A stretch of 64,000 nucleotides of DNA, taken from NCBI GenBank assembly GCA_966211705.1, contig CBIHOC010000010.1, forward strand, positions 8,339 through 72,338. The letters run 5' to 3'. Source of the DNA: an uncultured Chryseobacterium sp. (lineage in GTDB: Bacteria > Bacteroidota > Bacteroidia > Palsa-965). Positions 58,227 to 64,000 of the stretch are shown piece after piece. The notes beneath the pieces were generated by a model. That model saw only the letters and a program-made list of their open reading frames with translations, searched no databases and was not told the origin of the DNA. Position numbers and translations under genes: made by a program. Position 1 is the stretch's first letter. Every line of letters starts with the position of its first letter.

Positions 58227-58814
58227 ATGTCCTCCGCACAATCATACTGGAATGAACGCTGGGAAAACCAGGAAACCGGCTGGGACATCGGCTACCCGTC
58301 GACCCCGCTCAGGGAATTCATCGATACGTTGACGGATAAAAGCCTTCGCATCCTTATCCCCGGCTGCGGCAATGCGTACGAAGCGGAATACCTCTTCGAC
58401 CAGGGATTTGACAAGGTTTACGTGGTTGATTTTGCTGCGAAAGCCTTGCAGGATTTCCGGCGGCGCGTGCCCGGTTTCCCCGATGAGCAGCTGATCTGCG
58501 GGGATTTCTTCACGCTCGACGCGGCGCCTTTCGACCTCATCCTGGAACAAACGTTTTTCTGCGCCATCGAGCCGACCCTGCGGGCGCAATATGCCGCGAA
58601 GATGCACCAGCTGCTGGCGCCGGGCGGAAAGCTGGCCGGCGTGCTGTTCAACGATCCGGCGCTTGGGATGGACAAGCCTCCGTTTGGCGGAAATGCAGAA
58701 GAGTACAAAGCCATCTTCAGCCCCTATTTCGACTTCCTGGAATTCCGCACCGCCACGAACTCCATCCCGCCGCGGGCCGGGCGCGAATTGTTCATCCACC
58801 TCCAGCGAAAATAG
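58227..58814 (+). CDS. Thiopurine S-methyltransferase (TPMT)-family SAM-dependent methyltransferase.
   Basis: YWNERWENQETGWD...LIPGCGNAYEAEYLFDQGF.V..VDF...A motif pattern of the TPMT family. Confidence 0.65.
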   Translation: MSSAQSYWNERWENQETGWDIGYPSTPLREFIDTLTDKSLRILIPGCGNAYEAEYLFDQGFDKVYVVDFAAKALQDFRRRVPGFPDEQLICGDFFTLDAAPFDLILEQTFFCAIEPTLRAQYAAKMHQLLAPGGKLAGVLFNDPALGMDKPPFGGNAEEYKAIFSPYFDFLEFRTATNSIPPRAGRELFIHLQRK

Positions 58815-58816
58815 CC

Positions 58817-59368
58817 ATGGGAAAGCTGCTGACGGGACTGCTGATCTTCTTCTCCCTTCTGCCCCGGGCGCTCGGGGCACAGGAGCCCGGCACGCAACGC
58901 CCCGACACCATCCGCACTGCTTTCGACACCGCACGCGCACTGAATAAAGTGGACGCCTTCTATGCCCGCTACGGACTCGATCCGGATTCCGCGGAAACGC
59001 CTTACCTCTACTACGAAGTGTTCGACTGGCTCGGAACACGCTACCAGTATGCCGGCCACAGCAAAACGGGCGTCGACTGCTCCGGCTTTGTCGGCGCGAT
59101 GTACCAGTCGGTGTATTGCATCACGCTCTGCGGCGGCGCGAAAGACCTGTGCACGCAGGTGGATACGGTTTCGAAAAAGGAGTTGCAGGAAGGCGATCTC
59201 GTTTTTTTCAAGATCAAAAAAGGCCAGGTTTCGCACGTGGGAATTTATCTCGGTAACAACAAGTTTGCGCACGCTTCCGTGCACGGCGGCGTAATGGTGA
59301 ATGACCTTGATGAGCCGTATTACAGGAGATATTATTACACGGGAGGAAGGTTGAAAGCTGCGATTTAG
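58817..59368 (+). CDS. NlpC/P60 (C40) family cell-wall peptidase with signal peptide.
   Basis: GTRYQYAGHSKTGVDCSGFV (catalytic Cys) and DLVFFKIKKGQVSHVGIYLGNNKFAHAS (His). Confidence 0.8.
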   Translation: MGKLLTGLLIFFSLLPRALGAQEPGTQRPDTIRTAFDTARALNKVDAFYARYGLDPDSAETPYLYYEVFDWLGTRYQYAGHSKTGVDCSGFVGAMYQSVYCITLCGGAKDLCTQVDTVSKKELQEGDLVFFKIKKGQVSHVGIYLGNNKFAHASVHGGVMVNDLDEPYYRRYYYTGGRLKAAI

Positions 59369-59440
59369 AGAAGATCAAACGATCCTCAGCATTCGTAGTT
59401 TGTAAATTCGTAAGATTGGTAATTCGCACCCGCGCCGGCG

Positions 59441-60046
59441 TTAGATCACCCCCAGCTCGATCAGCTCTACGATCTCTTCGATCTTCTTGTCATCACCCGT
59501 GGGGTCGTAATCCGCTTTCAGGTTATTCCCGAAAACCACCGCGACGCCTTGCCACATGAAGGCCGAGAACGAGCCGCGGCGCTCCCTGATGATCTGGTAG
59601 GTGGTGGAACCTGTTTCCCGGTCGAGCAGCTTGAACAGGATGCGGCCCTGCGTCATCGTCAGGTTGCGCATGTCCTGGGAGAACTGGGAAGTAAGCTCCT
59701 TCTCGCATTTTTCGGTGAAGGCTTTGCGCTCCTTTTCTCCTTTCACGTACACAAGCTGGGAATCCATTTCGGCCAGCTTCATACGGGCGAGCACGGCATA
59801 CGGGTAAGCCGCTTTCACGTCGCGCTTCAGGCGGTCCCACTTCGCTTTTTCCTTCGCGCTCTTAAACGTTTTTTCCGCCGTGATCACACAGGTGTAATAC
59901 ATGGCGTTGGCCATCGTATCGCCGTTTTCATCGAGGGAAAGCGTGACCATTCCCCTGGGATACGCGGAAACATCGCCCACCTTCAGGTCCTGCGCCTGCA
60001 GGCTGAGAGAGAAGACGATTGCGAGTATGACGAGAGCGTTTTTCAT
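59441..60046 (-). CDS. Secreted hypothetical protein, about 201 aa (DUF4294-like?).
   Basis: Start set at MKNALVILAIVFSLSLQAQD (signal peptide). The longer ORF extension upstream lacks coding character. Confidence 0.5.
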   Translation of the reverse strand: MKNALVILAIVFSLSLQAQDLKVGDVSAYPRGMVTLSLDENGDTMANAMYYTCVITAEKTFKSAKEKAKWDRLKRDVKAAYPYAVLARMKLAEMDSQLVYVKGEKERKAFTEKCEKELTSQFSQDMRNLTMTQGRILFKLLDRETGSTTYQIIRERRGSFSAFMWQGVAVVFGNNLKADYDPTGDDKKIEEIVELIELGVI

Positions 60047-60170
60047 GGCACTGTATATTATTAAGTCAAAAGATGTGCCAAATCCTTCTTCCATAACGCT
60101 GATATCCCGGTATTTGTTACGAATGCAACGAAGAATAATTGTTAACAATTCAACAACCCGGATTTCAGCG

Positions 60171-61658
60171 TCAATCGAGGGTGCGATTCCTTTTCCAGGA
60201 CGACACAGTCGACTGGGAATTAGCCAACTGGCCCGATTTCGATTTCTGCCCGCCCAGCCAGGATGAGCCGATGATGGCGGCAATCCCGGCTTCCACGGTG
60301 GAATGCGTGTGCAGCATATCGGGAGTGAAATAGTTCCTGATGAAGTGGGTATCAAAATTACCCGACTTAAATGCCTCATGGTCAAGCACAAAACGACAGA
60401 ACGGAAGGGTCGTTTCCACCCCGCTCACCTGGTATTCCGAGATGGCCCTCAGCATGCGTTCGATGGCCTCTTCCCGGTCTTTCCCCCACGTCACCAGCTT
60501 GGCGATCATCGGGTCATAATAGATGGGAATGTCCATGCCTTCCTCGAAACCGTCATCGACGCGGATGCCGGTACCCTGGGGACGGCGGTACGTGACAAGA
60601 CGACCGATATCGGGCAGGAAGTTGTTGGCAGGATCTTCGGCATACACGCGCACTTCCACGGAATGGCCGTTGATCCGGAGGTCTTCCTGGCGGAACGACA
60701 GCTTTTCCCCGCGCGCCGCCCGGATCTGCTCCTTGACAAGGTCGATGCCCGTGATCATCTCCGTCACCGGGTGCTCCACCTGCAGGCGGGTGTTCATTTC
60801 CAGGAAATAGAAGTTCTTGTTCTCGTCGAGCAGGAATTCCACCGTTCCCGCACCGATGTAATTACACGCCCGGGCCACGTCCACCGCGCATTTGCCCATG
60901 CGTTCGCGGATCTCCGGCGTGAGCACGCTCGACGGGGCTTCCTCGATGACTTTCTGGTGGCGGCGCTGCACGGAACATTCGCGTTCGAAAAGGTAAACGA
61001 TGTTGCCATGCTTGTCGGCCAGCACCTGGATCTCGATGTGGCGCGGACCGGCGACATATTTTTCGATAAAAACAGAGCCGTCGCCGAATGCGGATGTCGC
61101 TTCGCTCACGGCCATCTTCATCTGCTCGGGGAAATCTTCGATCTTTTCCACGATGCGCATCCCCTTCCCGCCCCCGCCGGCGCTCGCTTTGATGAGCAGC
61201 GGGAACCCGGTGGCCATTGCGATCTTCTTGCCCTCTTCCACGTCGGAAATGGCGCCTTCCGAGCCGGGAACCATGGGAATGTTGTACCGCTTCGCCGCCG
61301 CTTTGGCCGAGAGCTTGTCGCCCATCATGTCCATCGCTTCGGGTGAAGGCCCGATGAATTCGATCCCCGCCGCATTCACCTTCGCCGCGAAATCGGCGTT
61401 CTCGGAAAGAAAGCCATATCCCGGGTGAATGCCCTGGACACCGAGCTTCAGCGCCACTTCGATGATCTTGTCGCCGTTGAGGTACGACTGGGAGGAAGGC
61501 GGCGGACCGATACACACCGCTTCATCCGCATAACGAACGAACGGCGCATTGCGGTCGGCTTCGGAATAAACAGCGACGGTGGAAATGCCCATTTCTTTGC
61601 AGGAACGCATTACGCGCAGGGCGATCTCACCACGGTTGGCAACGAGGATTTTATTCAT
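60171..61658 (-). CDS. accC: Acetyl-CoA carboxylase biotin carboxylase subunit AccC.
   Basis: MNKILVANRGEIALRV...ATP-grasp motifs...EMNTRLQVEHPVTE. Start set at MNKILV. The ORF-track extension upstream runs through a microsatellite and is non-coding. Confidence 0.9.
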   Translation of the reverse strand: MNKILVANRGEIALRVMRSCKEMGISTVAVYSEADRNAPFVRYADEAVCIGPPPSSQSYLNGDKIIEVALKLGVQGIHPGYGFLSENADFAAKVNAAGIEFIGPSPEAMDMMGDKLSAKAAAKRYNIPMVPGSEGAISDVEEGKKIAMATGFPLLIKASAGGGGKGMRIVEKIEDFPEQMKMAVSEATSAFGDGSVFIEKYVAGPRHIEIQVLADKHGNIVYLFERECSVQRRHQKVIEEAPSSVLTPEIRERMGKCAVDVARACNYIGAGTVEFLLDENKNFYFLEMNTRLQVEHPVTEMITGIDLVKEQIRAARGEKLSFRQEDLRINGHSVEVRVYAEDPANNFLPDIGRLVTYRRPQGTGIRVDDGFEEGMDIPIYYDPMIAKLVTWGKDREEAIERMLRAISEYQVSGVETTLPFCRFVLDHEAFKSGNFDTHFIRNYFTPDMLHTHSTVEAGIAAIIGSSWLGGQKSKSGQLANSQSTVSSWKRNRTLD

Positions 61659-61689
61659 AAGTAGTGAGCAAATGTACTGCGAACGAGGG

Positions 61690-61855
61690 AAAGTTCTGCT
61701 TCGATCTGAAAGGCGGCGGTTGGCGGCGGCGGTTGGCGGTGGCGGTGGCGGTTGGCGGTGGCGGTTGGCGGTGGCGGTTGGCGGTGGCGGTTGGCGGTGA
61801 CGGTTGGCGGTGGCGGTTGGCGGTTGGCGGTGGCGGTGGCGGTGGCGGTATTCGA
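61690..61855. repeat. Microsatellite (GGCGGT/GGCGGTT)n, about 25 units, in the accC 5' region.
   Basis: ggcggcggttggcggcggcggttggcggtggcggtggcggttggcgg... Reads (ACCGCC)n on the accC sense strand. Lies between the accC start (61658) and the upstream gene stop (61908). Confidence 0.8.
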
Positions 61856-61907
61856 ATAATTCCTGCAATCCATAACCATTACCGCCAACCGCTGCTGCCA
61901 ACCGCTG

Positions 61908-63599
61908 CTACTTCTCCACGTCCATCCGTATGAGGTGGCTATTGATGTAGGCGGGCAGGTTTCCTGTTTTGATCCCGAAACGCAGGTAGTATGGACCTTC
62001 CACGTCCGGTGTGCGGATCTTTACCACTCTTTTCCACGGAAAAAAATCGATCCAGTCCGGATCGAGCGCGCTGAGGTCAAGCAGTTGGATCTCCTGGTCG
62101 AACTTTTCATAATAATAGCGCTCACAGACCAACGATGCCGGGTAAGCCGTATGCTGATCGAACCAGAACGATCCTCCGTTGGGGCCGTGAAATATCAATA
62201 AAATAGCGACATCGGTTCCGGGCTTGAAATGATACCAATCCTTTTCCGTTTCGATCCGCACCTTCGTATAAGAATGAAAATTATCGATGAACAGCACCTG
62301 CATTTTTCCACGCGGGGTCTCAAACGTTTCCAGGGAATCGCGCCCGTCCGCGTAGGTCATGAACAGCGCGACACGCTTGCCCTGCAGGCTGTCCACGATA
62401 TTCCAGATGTCGAACTGGTTGCGGCGATAGGCGACGTTGTTGAGCGAAAGTGCGTCCTCCCCGGTGTAAAATGAATATTTCGACGCTTTCTGGTACGAAT
62501 TCATAATGACCACCGGCTCGCCTTTCGCATGCTTCTTTACTTCCTCTGCCCATTCATTCCACCCGTAAAATTCCGGCATCGCTTTGCTGCCCAGCGCAGG
62601 AACAAGATCCGTCATGAGATTCACCCGGAAAAACGCGAACACCACCAGCGACACCATCGCCAGCCGCACCGTCCACCGCCGCAGGTTTTGCCGTTCACGG
62701 ATATAGCCATGTGCAACAACAACCAGCGGAACGATCGAAGCCGCCATCCAGTTTGCTTCCACCGGCGCGTTGAACGTCGACACGAGAAAGAACAGGAAAA
62801 ATCCGAAGAAGGTGAACCGCATCGCACGCAGCATCGGTTCTTTCGTACGGTATTTTACCGCGGCGTAAATGAGCAGCCCGCCCGCAAACGGTCCCGCCAC
62901 CAGCAGCACACCGGCCATGAAGCTCAGCGAGTCGAGCGGGTTGTAATAGGATTGCGACTTGTTCAGCACATGGTATTGATACGAAGGCAGATCGTTCCAC
63001 AGTTGCCAGAGGATGTGCGGGAGATACAGCGCCACGGCACCGGCGATCACGGCATAAAATGTTTTCCGGCGAAAAAGTGAACGATTGGAGAGCAGCGTAA
63101 AAAACAAAATGAGAAAACCGTGATACTTGCTGTACAAGAGGAGCGCGATCACGATGGTCAGGAAAATGGTTTCTTTGAAGCCGTCGTGTGCGAGGAAATC
63201 CCGGTACGTAAGAAAAAACAGCGCGGTGAAGAACATCAGCGGCGCGTCGGGAACGGCGATGAAGCCATACACCTGGAACACCGTGGCCGAACAGGTGAGC
63301 AAGACGAGCAAGGGAAAATCTTTTTTGTCCGTCAGCCGGTACAGCACGGGGATGATCAGCGTGCCGAGCAGAACGGTGAACAGCCGCAATCCCAGCTCGC
63401 TGTGGAAAAGCCAATAGCCGGCACGGATCATCAGCGCGATCATCGGCGGGTGATCGAAATAACCCACGTCGAGGTTTTTGGCGTACATCCAGTAATACGC
63501 CTCGTCGTTGGCGAGACCTGTGAATGCGGCCTGCAGCACATTCAGCAAAAGCCATGCGATGCAAAACCACAGGAGCGCGCGGTTAGAAGATGCGGTCAT
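61908..63599 (-). CDS. ArnT/PMT-like (GT83/GT39) membrane glycosyltransferase.
   Basis: N-terminal DEAYYW motif in the first periplasmic loop, polytopic membrane topology, size about 560 aa. Start set at MTASSNRALLWF. Confidence 0.7.
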   Translation of the reverse strand: MTASSNRALLWFCIAWLLLNVLQAAFTGLANDEAYYWMYAKNLDVGYFDHPPMIALMIRAGYWLFHSELGLRLFTVLLGTLIIPVLYRLTDKKDFPLLVLLTCSATVFQVYGFIAVPDAPLMFFTALFFLTYRDFLAHDGFKETIFLTIVIALLLYSKYHGFLILFFTLLSNRSLFRRKTFYAVIAGAVALYLPHILWQLWNDLPSYQYHVLNKSQSYYNPLDSLSFMAGVLLVAGPFAGGLLIYAAVKYRTKEPMLRAMRFTFFGFFLFFLVSTFNAPVEANWMAASIVPLVVVAHGYIRERQNLRRWTVRLAMVSLVVFAFFRVNLMTDLVPALGSKAMPEFYGWNEWAEEVKKHAKGEPVVIMNSYQKASKYSFYTGEDALSLNNVAYRRNQFDIWNIVDSLQGKRVALFMTYADGRDSLETFETPRGKMQVLFIDNFHSYTKVRIETEKDWYHFKPGTDVAILLIFHGPNGGSFWFDQHTAYPASLVCERYYYEKFDQEIQLLDLSALDPDWIDFFPWKRVVKIRTPDVEGPYYLRFGIKTGNLPAYINSHLIRMDVEK

Positions 63600-63640
63600 A
63601 CGGTTGAAGACGGAACAAATGCGGATCAGCTGCTTTTGCG

Positions 63641-64000
63641 TTAACCGGCGGTTTCGGTGGATTCCGGCGCGGCAGGGCTTGCAGGCTCTTCGCGCTTTTC
63701 CGTGACTTTCGCGCCGAGGTAAGTTCCCGAGCTGATTCCCATGAGCAGCAACAGCGTCGTATCGAATTCCGGCATTTTCATGTAGATCATGACGGAACGG
63801 ATGAACACGACGACGAGCACGATCGTCCACGCCAAATTCTGGAAACGGAAAAGCGAAACGTTGGCATGATCGGAAACGAGATCCCTGAAAAAACCTGCCG
63901 AGCGCGCCGGTGGCCCTTGCGCCTTGTTCGTGTCGAGCGCCAGCCCGCCAACGCCCGTGCCCGCCGTGATGCCCATGAGCACCAGCAGCGATTCGGTGAC
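63641..64000 (-). CDS. Partial (5'-truncated by the window edge) small membrane protein with an internal duplicated LLxLMGIxxGT motif.
   Basis: Open frame continues past position 64000. Contains two hydrophobic repeats. Confidence 0.3.
   Translation of the reverse strand, partial: VTESLLVLMGITAGTGVGGLALDTNKAQGPPARSAGFFRDLVSDHANVSLFRFQNLAWTIVLVVVFIRSVMIYMKMPEFDTTLLLLMGISSGTYLGAKVTEKREEPASPAAPESTETAG

Noticed and set aside
60047-60391. Upstream extension of the 59441 ORF (MCLTMRHLSRV...).
   Set aside because: Overlaps the accC 3' end and lacks coding character. The signal-peptide start at 60046 is preferred.
61659-61901. N-terminal extension of accC through the microsatellite (PPTATANRHRQPP...).
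   Set aside because: Translation of a simple-sequence repeat. A conserved AccC start (MNKILVANRGEIA) lies downstream at 61658.
1-64000. CRISPR arrays, tRNA and rRNA genes.
   Set aside because: No regularly spaced short direct repeats with unique spacers, and no tRNA-like cloverleaf or rRNA-like conserved stretches were seen. The repeats present are tandem coding repeats, a microsatellite, and the dispersed cassette-boundary repeat.

Overview
This is a GC-rich (~55-62%) bacterial window, probably Bacteroidota given the lipobox signal peptides, a DUF4294-like gene and the plsY/prmA/accC context. It is dominated by one extracellular contractile injection system (eCIS, Afp/PVC-like phage-tail nanomachine) and its cargo. 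Summary of layout: (1) Left, 1-9.5 kb, minus strand: two paralogous DUF4157 (HExxH) N-terminal polymorphic toxin genes (about 2.3-5.8 kb and 6.7-9.5 kb), each followed by small AT-rich immunity-like genes, one of them a KptA/Tpt1 homolog, with further small genes beyond a repeat. (2) An eCIS-type AAA+ ATPase at 9.6-11.2 kb, minus strand. (3) A divergent about 25 kb structural operon at 11.5-36.5 kb, plus strand: tail fiber with 120-bp tandem repeats, DUF4255-like terminator candidate, two sheath paralogs, two tube paralogs, a tiny Afp6-like ORF missing from the ORF track, LysM tube initiator, VgrG-like spike, PAAR, gp25, gp6/baseplate J and three large baseplate/fiber proteins. (4) A second cargo array at 36.6-46 kb: two more DUF4157 toxins sharing a near-identical ~270-aa N-terminal part (~0.8 kb of DNA) but with different C-termini, immunity-like genes, and promoter-less or orphan C-terminal toxin cassettes. 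(5) A ~100-bp noncoding repeat (at least 7 copies) separates the cassettes on both sides of the eCIS. (6) A second eCIS-type AAA ATPase plus a candidate tape-measure gene at 48.6-51.8 kb. (7) Housekeeping genes at the right end (plsY, a 1533-aa secreted protein, prmA, TPMT-like methyltransferase, NlpC/P60, accC, ArnT-like glycosyltransferase), with two unusual intergenic repeats: a G4-capable inverted repeat and a (GGCGGT)n microsatellite. No rRNA, tRNA or CRISPR array was seen.
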